Origin: Candidatus Eiseniibacteriota bacterium
GTDB lineage: Bacteria > Eisenbacteria > RBG-16-71-46 > CAZAMP01
Assembly (NCBI GenBank): GCA_965224245.1
Contig: OZ245046.1
Coordinates: 320,001 to 384,000 of the forward strand
DNA: 64,000 nucleotides
Direction: 5' to 3'
Below, piece after piece: positions 40,038 to 49,757 of this stretch. The position numbers and the translations under genes are program-made. Numbering within the stretch: position 1 is the first letter of the stretch; every line of letters starts with the position of its first letter. The notes beneath the pieces were generated by a model that was given only the letters and a program-made list of their open reading frames with translations, made no database searches and was not told the DNA's origin.

Positions 40038-42665
40038 GTGCTGCCATCCAAGCGCTCCTCGACGCTCCTCCACGTCGTCTTCTTCCTCTCCGGGACCAGC
40101 GCCCTGATCTACGAGGTCGTGTGGACGCGACTTCTCACGCTGCAGTTCGGCGTGACCGCCTACGCGGTCGCCACCGTCGTCGCGGCGTTCATGGCCGGTC
40201 TCGCGATCGGCAGCGCCGTGCTCGGGCGGCTGGCCGATCGCTGGCGGCGACACCTGCGCGCCTACGCCGGCCTGGAGCTCGCCATCGGTCTCGTCGGTCT
40301 CCTCATGCCGTCGCTGCTCGCCCTCGGGGGACGGGTGGCTGCGGGGTCCCTCGGCGCCGCCGGAGGGGTCGGACTCGACCACGCGCTGGGGACGTTCCTC
40401 GTGGCATCGCTGGCGCTGCTCTTGCCCACGACGCTGATGGGGGCGACGCTGCCCGTTCTGGCCAAGCACGTCACGGTCGACGTTCGGGCTGCCGGACGTC
40501 GGATCGGCACCCTGTACGCGGTGAACACGTGGGGGGGCGTCGTCGGGTCGGTGGCCAGCGCGTTCCTCTTGATCGCGCTTCTGGGGGTCCACGCGACCAA
40601 CCTGATCGCCGCCGGCATCAACTTCCTGCTCGCCGCCGTCACGATCGTCATGGCGCGTCGCGACGAGTCCGCGGCACCCGCGGCGCCCTCGGAGTCGGCT
40701 CCCGTCGATGAGGCGCGGGAGGTGCTTCCCGACACGACGTCTCCGACTCTCGTGGGGCTCGCCTATGCCGCCGCGGGCGCGGTGGCGCTCGCGATCCAGG
40801 TCTTGCTCACGCGATTCGCCATCTTCTTCCTGTGGGACACGACCGTCTACTCGTTTGCGGCCGTCCTGACCACCTTTCTGGCCGGGCTGGCCATCGGGAG
40901 CTCGCTGATCGTGCGGTGGGTCGATCGGTGGCGCGCGCTGCTGGGGGTGTTCGGCCTCCTGCAGATCGGGGTCGGGCTGGCCGCCATCGCGCTCCTGTCG
41001 GTGCTGGACTCCCTCTCCGACGTGCGTGCGCGGCTCTGGTCGGGACTCTACGAGGCGGGGGAGCTCGTGCCATGGCGGTACCTCGGGCTCAAGTTCCTGA
41101 TGGCCGTGGTGCTCGTGCTTCCGCCGACCATTCTGATGGGAGCCACGTTTCCCGTCGTGAACCGCCTCGTGGCCAGGCGGCGGGCCACACTCGGCCGTCG
41201 CGTCGGTGGCGTGTACGCAGCCAACACCGTGGGGGCGATACTGGGGTCGCTGGTCGGCGGGTTCTGGCTGGTGCCGCACGTCGGCATCGTGCGCGGCCTT
41301 CTCGCCGTCGGCGCGGTGAGCGTGGTGATGGGTGTCCTCGTGATCTCGCGCGAGCGCACGCGGTCGGTGTCGTGGCGAACGGTCCGGGCCGGCGCGGGGC
41401 TGGCCGTCCTCGGGCTGCTGATCACCGTGGCGCCGCGAGATCGCACCGCGGTCTCGTACTCCGATCTCCTGTCCGGCCGGCACGGGGACCGGGAGGTCCT
41501 CTACTACCACGAGGGGCTGGAGGCCTCGCTGGCCGTCCTGCGCGATCCGAGCACCGGCGTCCGGGAGCTGAACATCAACGGCCAGTCCACCGCGTTCACG
41601 ACGTACATGGACCTTCAGGTCCACCGCGCGCTGGGACATCTGCCCGCGCTGTGCCATCCGGATCCGCGATCGGCGCTGGTGATCGGCTTCGGCTTCGGCT
41701 CCACGTGCCACGCCATCCGGACCCACGGGGTGGAGCGTCTGGACTGCGTGGAGCTCGTCGCGGCCGAGCGCGAGACGGCGGGGCTGTTCGCCAACGTCAA
41801 CGGCTCGGTGATGGACGACCCGTCCTTTCGGTTCATCGAGGGAGATGGGCGTCACCACGTGCTGATCACCGACGACCGGTACGATCTGCTGTCGTTCAAC
41901 GCGATCCATCCGAAGCTGAGCGCCAGCCTCTACACGCTCGAGTTCTACGAGCTCTGCCGCGAGCGGCTCACCGAGAACGGCGTCATCGCGGCCTGGCTGC
42001 CCATCAACTTCCTGTCCGGCGACGAGTTCCGGATGCTCACGCGCACGTTCCAGCACGTCTTCCCGCACGCGACGATGTGGTACGTCGGGCCGGGACATGC
42101 GGTGCTGCTGGGTCATCCGGAACCCCTCGTGCTCGACTACGCGCGGATCGAAGAGCGCCTGGCCATGCCCGCGCTAGCGGCGGACCTCGCGGAGTCCAAC
42201 CTCGACGACCCCGGTGAGATCATCACGATGTACGTCGCGGACGAGGACGCCGTGCGCGCGTTCTCCGGAGACGGGCCGCTGAACACCGACGACCGACCCC
42301 ACATCGAGTACGGGATCTCGTTCTCGTCCCGCGAGTGGTACGAGACCCTCCAGCACATTCACCGGGTCACGATGGCGGCGCTCCCGCCACTGCGGAACGT
42401 GGACGGACCGTGGGGTGACGCGGAGTCGGTGACGGAGAACCTGTCCCGCTACCTCGAGGCGCGGCGGTACTCCATGTTCGGGGGGATCATGCAGACGGTC
42501 GGGCTCTCGGCGCGGAGTCCCGAGATGATGCAGCAGGGCATCGACGCGTACCGGAAGGCGCTCGAGATCGTGCCGGAGAGCCGAAACACGAGGCGCCTCT
42601 TGGAGGACAAGGTCCGCGGACTCGAGACGCTGCGCCGGTCGGCAGGGGCAGCCGCGGCACCCTAG
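40038..42665 (+). CDS. Fused MFS-like membrane domain / spermidine-synthase-like methyltransferase-fold protein with C-terminal TPR
   Basis: FFLSGTSALIYEVVWTR, PTTLMGATLP, LYAVNTWG in two membrane halves; ALVIGFGFGST, LDCVEL, GDGR, LYTLEFY, NTDDRP. Confidence 0.88.
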   Translation: MLPSKRSSTLLHVVFFLSGTSALIYEVVWTRLLTLQFGVTAYAVATVVAAFMAGLAIGSAVLGRLADRWRRHLRAYAGLELAIGLVGLLMPSLLALGGRVAAGSLGAAGGVGLDHALGTFLVASLALLLPTTLMGATLPVLAKHVTVDVRAAGRRIGTLYAVNTWGGVVGSVASAFLLIALLGVHATNLIAAGINFLLAAVTIVMARRDESAAPAAPSESAPVDEAREVLPDTTSPTLVGLAYAAAGAVALAIQVLLTRFAIFFLWDTTVYSFAAVLTTFLAGLAIGSSLIVRWVDRWRALLGVFGLLQIGVGLAAIALLSVLDSLSDVRARLWSGLYEAGELVPWRYLGLKFLMAVVLVLPPTILMGATFPVVNRLVARRRATLGRRVGGVYAANTVGAILGSLVGGFWLVPHVGIVRGLLAVGAVSVVMGVLVISRERTRSVSWRTVRAGAGLAVLGLLITVAPRDRTAVSYSDLLSGRHGDREVLYYHEGLEASLAVLRDPSTGVRELNINGQSTAFTTYMDLQVHRALGHLPALCHPDPRSALVIGFGFGSTCHAIRTHGVERLDCVELVAAERETAGLFANVNGSVMDDPSFRFIEGDGRHHVLITDDRYDLLSFNAIHPKLSASLYTLEFYELCRERLTENGVIAAWLPINFLSGDEFRMLTRTFQHVFPHATMWYVGPGHAVLLGHPEPLVLDYARIEERLAMPALAADLAESNLDDPGEIITMYVADEDAVRAFSGDGPLNTDDRPHIEYGISFSSREWYETLQHIHRVTMAALPPLRNVDGPWGDAESVTENLSRYLEARRYSMFGGIMQTVGLSARSPEMMQQGIDAYRKALEIVPESRNTRRLLEDKVRGLETLRRSAGAAAAP

Positions 42666-42743
42666 CGGCGTTCCACTCCATGCCCCCGTCTCCGCCGCGG
42701 ACCATCCGGCCGATCCGCGTGACGCGGCTCGGCCGGCCCCGCG

Positions 42744-45700
42744 TCACCGTACGACGAGTATCTCTCCGGTCTCCTCCACCGCCCCCGCCGTGAACCGGTA
42801 GAAGTACCGTCCCGGCGGAACCGGCGCGCCGCTGCTCGTCCGCGCGTTCCAGGCGGCGCGGTGCACGCCGGCGGCCTGAACGCCATCGACGAGAGTCGCC
42901 GCTCGCCGCCCCGCCACGTCGAAGATCTCGATCCGGACGTCGCCGTCGGTGGCCAGGGAGTATGAGACATGGGTGCTTCCACGGCTCGGACTCGGAGCCA
43001 CCGCGAGAACTCGCGTCACGTACGCCGGGGTCGAAGGAGGCGTCGCGACCGTGCCGTCGACGATGACGAACCCGGTCGTGGTGGCCTGATGGGTGGTGGC
43101 CTCGCGCGAGCGACCCTGGACGACGACGAGTGCCTGGGGCGTGGCCGGCCCGGTCACGACCCAGTCGTGCGTCAGCGCGGCGACGCCCTCGAAGATCATC
43201 TTCCACGTGGTCCCGCCGTCGCGCGACAGGAAGCCTCGATAGCTCGCGTCGGGCTCGGGCATCGCGTCCCAGCTGAGCGACAAGATCGTTCCCACGGCGA
43301 CCGGCAACGTGAGATCGACGCCCGTTGCCACGTCTCCTTGCGGATCGAATAACGAGAGCGTGCCGGTCGCTCGGAAGTAGGTGCCGGCCGCGGTCCCGCT
43401 GATGTCGACGGGAACGTCGAGCTCGATCGGCAGCGCCGCGATGACGGCGGCCCGATCGAGCTTCACCGACAGATCGGGGATCCCGTCCTCATCTGCATCG
43501 CCCAGCGACACCGGCCAGGTCTCCGCGCGGACGACGTCCATGAACCACAGCGTCGAGGGGTCGATGCTCGCCGCGTCGAGCGGCGGATCGAGCTCGATCC
43601 GGGCCGTGATGAACCGACCCTCGCTCCCGGTGTTGAGCGTCGGGGGCTCGACCGACAGCACCCCGGTCGCGGGCGCCGGCGCACCCCGGAGCGCGACCGA
43701 AATCGTTTCGGTACGCGTGAAGGGCGGGATCGCAAGCGCGGTGCTGCCTCCGCCCTCCTCGACGAACGGGAGGTCCTGATCGGGTCCCGTACCGTCGACG
43801 TTGGTCGCCGTCACCTCGAACACGTAGAGACCATCGCCGCTGTACGTGTCGAAGATCGCCCCATACGCGCCGTCGTCGCCGAAGGTGTCGCCGTGGGCCG
43901 GATCCCCGTCGTCGAACAGCGGGATGTCGATCGTCGTGCCGCCGGGACGGCGGACACGCGCGGAGACGTTCGCCCCGGCCACCGGCACGGTCGCCACCAG
44001 ATCGGCCCGCAGCCGTACGGGATCCGGAAACGCGTAGTCGGTTGCGTCGGTGCTGAGCGAGAGCGACAGCGCGCGGCTCTCGACGAAGGCCGCGAACCGG
44101 TAAGGGACCGGCTCGTCGGACAGGCGCTCCAGGCGGGCGATCCACGTCCCGTCGGCCGGCTGGATGACGCGGATGTAGATGAACCCATCCCGCTGGTATG
44201 CCTCGACGCGGGGATCGGTCGCGGCCGATCCCACGTCGATCGTCTCCCCCATCGGAGAGGTCAGGATGAGATCGAGGCTGCCCACCTCCCAGCCGACGAC
44301 GGTCGTGACCTCTTCACCGAAGCCGTCGATCAGGATCGGGATCGACGTGAAGTCCTCGCCGAGAACGCCCTCCTCGCCGAAGAGCAGGGCACCGTCACGG
44401 GCCTCGGAGACGATCTCTCCCATGAGGACGGGGATCTCGCGCTCGTTCTCGATCCGGAAGTACTGTCCGCCGGCCGAGACCGCGAGATCGCGCAGGCGCT
44501 CGTCGCTCGCCTCGCCGCCGGGTGAGACCGTGAAGAACTTCACGCCTCGCTCGACGAGTTCGGGAACGAGCGACTCGGGGTCGGCGCCCTCGATGTCGAT
44601 GCCGTCCGAGATCAGGACGATGGCCTCGCTGCACGCGGGGATGGTCGACGCGTCGCGAAGAATGGCCATCGCGGCATCCAGCGCGATCGCGACGTCGGTG
44701 GACCCCAGCGGGCCGAGGTCGTCCAGCGTGGCCCGCGCGGCATCGCGCACGGCCTCGTCGGTGATCTCGGTGAGCGGGAACGGGATCGACGCATCACCGG
44801 TGAACGTGGTGAGCGCGAAGGTGTCGCCGTCGAGCAGGATCGTCTCCTCGCCGGTGTCGATCTCCTTTCGGGCGTGAAGGAGATCCACGAGCTCGAGCGC
44901 GGCGGCCATCGTCCGGTCGAACTGGGTCCCGGCCATGCTGCTGGAAACGTCGATGCAGAGAATGATTCGCACGTCGGCGCTGGCGACCTCCCAGACGAGG
45001 GGCTCGAGCCCGGCCGGGTCCGAGCCGTCGACCTCGGTGGGGGGGACGAAGCCCACGATGCGGGCGATCGTGTCCCAGCAGCTCTCGCCGTTGAGAGCCT
45101 CCTGCGCGTTCACGTAGCGCTCGCCGCCGACGACGATCCCTTCGTTGTGCGTGGTCGCCAGCCCGTTGCCGACGTGCGTGCAGAACTCGGTACGCCCGTT
45201 GTTGGGTGCGACGGTGGTCCCACCGTCCATGATGCAGCCGACCGGATCGTCCTCGGTCACGCAGAACTGGTTGGGGACGCGAAACGTCGTCGTCTGCTCG
45301 GCGATCGGGGAACCGGCGTGGCGGACGGGAATCACCACGCCCTTGTACTCGTCGTACGTCCCGAACGCGTAGTGGCCGATCTCGTGTACGAGTCCGTACT
45401 GCCCGATGGCCGGCTCGGTGATCGACTTGTGCGTCTGCGACAGGAAGATGTGCCCGATGCCCGAGAGACCGAGGACGTTCGCGAGCGCGCCCGCGTCGTT
45501 GTCCATGATCCAGACGTCGGCGCCGTCCTTGTCGTAGCCGCAGCTCGTGACGCGGACCGTGCCCAGCTGAAGCTGGCCGTTGGTGGCGTTGAACAGGAGC
45601 CGCGACGCCTCCTCGAACAGCGGACGCCAGCTGTCGGGTTCGGCTTCTCGATACGCGAACATCACGCTGATGTCGAGCTTGTCCCCGTCGATCGACCCGT

Positions 45701-45779
45701 CGCCCGCGAGGGCGGGGCCGAGCAGCAGTGTGATCGCGGCGGTGGACAGCACGAACGGACGAATGCATTGACGGGACAT
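42744..45779 (-). CDS. Secreted CLCA-like zinc metalloprotease + vWA + beta-sandwich domains + FlgD-Ig/T9SS-like CTD
   Basis: Signal peptide; EEASRLLFNAT, LVHEIGHYAFGTYDEY, CIM..EFC..HN..SCWDTI; MIDAS DVSSS; LFDDG..DDGAYGAIF; FDVAGRR..WNAR..PGRYFYR. Confidence 0.85.
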   Translation of the reverse strand: MSRQCIRPFVLSTAAITLLLGPALAGDGSIDGDKLDISVMFAYREAEPDSWRPLFEEASRLLFNATNGQLQLGTVRVTSCGYDKDGADVWIMDNDAGALANVLGLSGIGHIFLSQTHKSITEPAIGQYGLVHEIGHYAFGTYDEYKGVVIPVRHAGSPIAEQTTTFRVPNQFCVTEDDPVGCIMDGGTTVAPNNGRTEFCTHVGNGLATTHNEGIVVGGERYVNAQEALNGESCWDTIARIVGFVPPTEVDGSDPAGLEPLVWEVASADVRIILCIDVSSSMAGTQFDRTMAAALELVDLLHARKEIDTGEETILLDGDTFALTTFTGDASIPFPLTEITDEAVRDAARATLDDLGPLGSTDVAIALDAAMAILRDASTIPACSEAIVLISDGIDIEGADPESLVPELVERGVKFFTVSPGGEASDERLRDLAVSAGGQYFRIENEREIPVLMGEIVSEARDGALLFGEEGVLGEDFTSIPILIDGFGEEVTTVVGWEVGSLDLILTSPMGETIDVGSAATDPRVEAYQRDGFIYIRVIQPADGTWIARLERLSDEPVPYRFAAFVESRALSLSLSTDATDYAFPDPVRLRADLVATVPVAGANVSARVRRPGGTTIDIPLFDDGDPAHGDTFGDDGAYGAIFDTYSGDGLYVFEVTATNVDGTGPDQDLPFVEEGGGSTALAIPPFTRTETISVALRGAPAPATGVLSVEPPTLNTGSEGRFITARIELDPPLDAASIDPSTLWFMDVVRAETWPVSLGDADEDGIPDLSVKLDRAAVIAALPIELDVPVDISGTAAGTYFRATGTLSLFDPQGDVATGVDLTLPVAVGTILSLSWDAMPEPDASYRGFLSRDGGTTWKMIFEGVAALTHDWVVTGPATPQALVVVQGRSREATTHQATTTGFVIVDGTVATPPSTPAYVTRVLAVAPSPSRGSTHVSYSLATDGDVRIEIFDVAGRRAATLVDGVQAAGVHRAAWNARTSSGAPVPPGRYFYRFTAGAVEETGEILVVR

Positions 45780-45904
45780 CGGTGCAACCCCCGGGCTCGG
45801 AGCGGCGACGTGGATGACGGATGGGACAACACCCAACTCGTCAGTTTATCACGATTCGAGGAGTCGATTGCCGGGCGCCCCCGCGATCCGAGAAGGTCCG
45901 AACG

Positions 45905-48900
45905 CTAATCGGTAGCCCCGGTGGCGACCAGAATTGCGGTGTCCCGATCCAGGCTCCGACCGCGGTTCCAGGCGGCCGAGAATGCCTCCGCACCGAGCGC
46001 CCGCTCGAGCGCCGTGCGGTTCTCGTTCAGAAACTCCGAGATCTGCGGGAGTGTGTGGGACCCCGCGGCCCGGGTGCGATCGTCCCAGCTCGCCAGGAGC
46101 GTCGCCGCCCGGGCCGGATCGTCGCTCCGGCGAGCCAGGCGGACGGCCTGCTGGATGGCATCGGTGATCAGGCGCTCGTCGCCGAACTCCTGCACGGTCA
46201 ACAGGCTCTCGGCCAGGAGCGCCCGGGTCTCGCTCTCGTCGCGGGAGTCCACCGTGATCGCGACCAGGTTCAGCAGCACGATCGCGACCGACGAGCGATT
46301 GCCCAGCTCACGGAACATCCGAAGACTCTCCTCGTAGTGCTCGATCGCACACCGGTCGTCACCGGCAGCCCGGGCCAGGCGGCCCAGGTTGTTGAGCGCC
46401 GTCGCGATGCCCGAGCGATCCCCGAGCTCGCGGAGAATGGACAGGCACTCGTCCAGTAGCGTCCCGGCCTGGGCCAGGTTCCCGGTTGCCTCCTCCACCG
46501 TCGCCAGGTTGTTCAGCGATGCGGCCACGTTGTTCCGGTCCCCCTGTCGCCGGCGGATGGCCAGGCTCTCGGTGTATGCCGCGCGGGCGTCCTCCAGGCG
46601 TCCGGTCAGAAAGGCGACCGCACCGAGCCCGTTGAGTGCGAGGGCGACGCCTCCCTCGTTCCCGACCGCCTCGTACGTGCGGTGGCTCTCTCGATAGTGG
46701 GCCTCCGCGGCGTCCCACTCACCGAGATCCCGGAGGACGTTCCCCAGGTTGTTCAGGGACTCGGCGACCGCCGTGGGCTCGCCGAGCTGCCGGCGAATGT
46801 CCAGGCTCCGTTCGAGCAGAGCGCGTGCCTCGGCGTACTCTCCCTGAAGCTTCGCGAGATTCCCCGACCAGCTGAGGCACAGCGCGGACGCGGCGTCGAT
46901 CCCCGGCTCGGCGGCGTCGAACAGCCGGTGGTACGCGGCTCGTCCGGCCTGCCAGCGTCCGGCCACGACCCAGTACCGACCGAGCGCGCCGGCCAGTCGT
47001 GCGGCCCCGCCGAGCTCGCCGGTGTCGAACAGTGTCTCCAGAGCACGCTGGAGGTTGTTCTGGTCGGTCCGCAGCCGGGTCAGCCACTCGACCTGGTGCG
47101 ACGTCGTCAGCTCCGGTGCAGCCCGCTCGGCCAGAGTCACGAAGTACATGGCGTGCCGCATCGCCAGATCGGCGAGCTCCTCGGCCTCGGTGAGCCGCTC
47201 GCGCGCGTACTCGCGCACGGTCTCCAGCATGCGATAGCGCGTGGAGTCGGTCGACGAGTCGGCGACGCGTACGTCCACGAGCGACTTGGAGACGAGCTCG
47301 GAGATCAGATCCAGGACCTCCCACTCCTCGATCCCGTCGACCGCACAGACCGTCTCCGCGGCCTCGAGCGTCCATCCGCCGGAGAAGACCGACACGTAGC
47401 GCAGCATCCTCCGCTCGGTGTCGTCCAGGAAGTCGTAGCTCCAGTCGATCAGCTCGCGAAGCGTCCGGTGGTGCCCCGCGGCCTGACCGCGCCTGGAGCC
47501 GAGGACGCGGAAGCGGTGGACGAGCCGCGCGTCGAGGTCGTCCACCGAGAGCACGCGGAGCCGCGCGGCGGCCAGCTCCAGCGCCAGCGGGATTCCATCG
47601 AGGCGCCGGCAGATGCCGGCGACCACGCCCGCGTTCTCGGCGTCGAGCACGAACTCGGGCCGCGCCGCCCTGGCGCGATCCACGAACAGCCGGACGGCAT
47701 CGTTGTCGACCAGATCCTCGAGACACGTCGCGGCGTCGACCGGGGGAGGAGTGAGCGTCGAGATCGGGAACACGACCTCGCCGCTCTCACCGAGCGGCTC
47801 CCGGCTCGTCGCCAGCACGAAGAGCGCACGGCAGCTCTGCAGGAGCGATCGCACGACCCGCCGGCAGTCGTCGAGCACGTGCTCGCAGTTGTCCAGTACG
47901 AGCAAGACGTGCCGTTGCGCCAGGTGCGACTGGAGGCTCTCGAGCGGGGACTGTCCCGGTGCGTCACGCACCCCCAGGACGCGTGCGATGGCGCCCTCGA
48001 TGCCGCCCGCGGCGGTCAGGCCCGCCAGCTCGATCAGCCACAGCCCGTCGAACCCGGTGGAGACGAGCTCCCGTCCGACCTCGACCGTGAGCCGGCTCTT
48101 GCCGCCGCCCGCGGGGCCGGTAACGGTCACGAGTCGATTCTCCGCGACCAGCTCGACGAGCGTGGACAGCTCCCGCTCACGACCGACGAAGCTGCTGATG
48201 GACGCCGGGAGGTTGTTCTCGGCGCCGAGGTCGCCGGGCGATCCGTCCCGGGCCCGGAGCGTGGCCTGGATCTCCTCGAGCGCCTGCCGGAGCGCCGTCA
48301 TGCTCTCGAGCCGAGCGCCGGGATCCTTCTCCAGGCAGTGCATGACCAGGAGCCGGAGGGGATGGTCGGGCGAGAGCTCGCAGTCCGACAGCTCGGGGTC
48401 CACGGTCAACGTTCGGTTCAGTCGATCGCGGATGGTCGAGCCGGGGAACACCGGACGCCCCGTCAGGAGCTCGCCGATGATGCAGCCCAGCGCGAAGACG
48501 TCGGTACGCGCATCCTCCCGCGCGCCCCGGATCTGCTCTGGGCTCATGTACCCCGGTGTTCCGGCGATCTGGCCGCCACCTCTGTTGCCGGCGTCGCGAC
48601 CGGCGCCCTGCTCGATGCTCGACTCCAGCGCGAGCGCGATCCCGAAGTCGAGCACCTTGACCTCGCCATCCGAGCGGATCATCACGTTCTGCGGCTTCAG
48701 GTCGCGGTGAACGATCCCTTGCTCGTGCGCCGCTTCGACCGCCATTGCGATCTGGCGGCAGATCCGGACGATCTCCTCGAGACTCCCGGAGTCATCGGGT
48801 CGCCAGCCGGCGAGCGAGACGCCGTCGATGAACTCCATGGTCAGGAAGATCGTGCCGTCGGCATCCTCGAGCGAGTGAACCGTCGCCACGTTGCGATGAT

Positions 48901-49258
48901 TGAGCGCGGCCAGCAGCTGCGCTTCACGTCGGAAGGCGATGAACGCGTTGCGATCGGTGGACAGGACGTCGGGCAGGATCTTCAGCGCGATGCGTCGGCC
49001 GAGCTGAGGGTCTCGCGCGACGTACACGACTCCCATGCCACCCCGGCCGAGCTCACTCAGGATCGGATAGCGTCCGATCGTGCTAGGGTACGAGTCCGCA
49101 CCGAGTGCGATGGTCTCGTCGGACGACGTTGCGACAGTCCGTGCGGTCGCGCCGGCGTCGGGCGGAGATGCAACCTCGGTGTGCGGCGGATCGCCGGCGA
49201 TCGTCGGGATGTCTCCCGTGTCGGCGTCCGGCTTGTCGGGATCGCGACGACTCGTCAT
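45905..49258 (-). CDS. Ser/Thr kinase - STAND (NB-ARC/AfsR-like) ATPase - TPR fusion
   Basis: HRDLKPQN, DFG, YMSPEQ; NNLP..SFVGRE, Walker A GPAGGGKS, Walker B LLVLDNCEH, ATSRE, GIPLALELAAA; TPRs. Confidence 0.92.
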   Translation of the reverse strand: MTSRRDPDKPDADTGDIPTIAGDPPHTEVASPPDAGATARTVATSSDETIALGADSYPSTIGRYPILSELGRGGMGVVYVARDPQLGRRIALKILPDVLSTDRNAFIAFRREAQLLAALNHRNVATVHSLEDADGTIFLTMEFIDGVSLAGWRPDDSGSLEEIVRICRQIAMAVEAAHEQGIVHRDLKPQNVMIRSDGEVKVLDFGIALALESSIEQGAGRDAGNRGGGQIAGTPGYMSPEQIRGAREDARTDVFALGCIIGELLTGRPVFPGSTIRDRLNRTLTVDPELSDCELSPDHPLRLLVMHCLEKDPGARLESMTALRQALEEIQATLRARDGSPGDLGAENNLPASISSFVGRERELSTLVELVAENRLVTVTGPAGGGKSRLTVEVGRELVSTGFDGLWLIELAGLTAAGGIEGAIARVLGVRDAPGQSPLESLQSHLAQRHVLLVLDNCEHVLDDCRRVVRSLLQSCRALFVLATSREPLGESGEVVFPISTLTPPPVDAATCLEDLVDNDAVRLFVDRARAARPEFVLDAENAGVVAGICRRLDGIPLALELAAARLRVLSVDDLDARLVHRFRVLGSRRGQAAGHHRTLRELIDWSYDFLDDTERRMLRYVSVFSGGWTLEAAETVCAVDGIEEWEVLDLISELVSKSLVDVRVADSSTDSTRYRMLETVREYARERLTEAEELADLAMRHAMYFVTLAERAAPELTTSHQVEWLTRLRTDQNNLQRALETLFDTGELGGAARLAGALGRYWVVAGRWQAGRAAYHRLFDAAEPGIDAASALCLSWSGNLAKLQGEYAEARALLERSLDIRRQLGEPTAVAESLNNLGNVLRDLGEWDAAEAHYRESHRTYEAVGNEGGVALALNGLGAVAFLTGRLEDARAAYTESLAIRRRQGDRNNVAASLNNLATVEEATGNLAQAGTLLDECLSILRELGDRSGIATALNNLGRLARAAGDDRCAIEHYEESLRMFRELGNRSSVAIVLLNLVAITVDSRDESETRALLAESLLTVQEFGDERLITDAIQQAVRLARRSDDPARAATLLASWDDRTRAAGSHTLPQISEFLNENRTALERALGAEAFSAAWNRGRSLDRDTAILVATGATD

Positions 49259-49430
49259 GCGCTGTCCGGTTCACGCTCTCGCGGGTAGTTGACGGCCGGC
49301 GACGCGCCGCCAGGTGCGGACTCGCGGACGCGGGGCGAGCTCCGGCGTCGGCCTCCGGGAGCTCCGCGCGTGACCCGCAACCCGCCGGGGCCCGGGTCTC
49401 CCCAGGTCCCCGACGAGCATGCCATGGGCC

Positions 49431-49457
49431 GTAGGAGATTACAAAAGAGTAACTTAC
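49431..49457. promoter_or_regulatory. AT-rich dyad with 7-bp spacer, same geometry as 4266-4296
   Basis: gtaggagatt-acaaaag-agtaacttac in the divergent kinase/lipoprotein region; arms imperfect. Confidence 0.45.
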
Positions 49458-49757
49458 GAGGTGAGTGACCCGGACGACGGCATCGAGACGGGGAGGCGGG
49501 CCCACACGGACACCCGGGACCACCGGGTCGCGCCGTTCGCCAGCAAAGGTCCTTTACAATGGGCCCGGTTTGGTGGGTAACATGCCTGATATCGAGGTCT
49601 CGGGCGGGTCGTGGGGGGGAATGGCTGACAGAAGCCACCACACATTCAATTCACGATTCGAACATACGGTCCGTGCTAGGCTCTTTCTCGAGTGCCCGCA
49701 CTGCAACCCCAAATCTCGCCGCTCGCGGCGAGGCAACTTCCGGCAGGAGAGACACTA

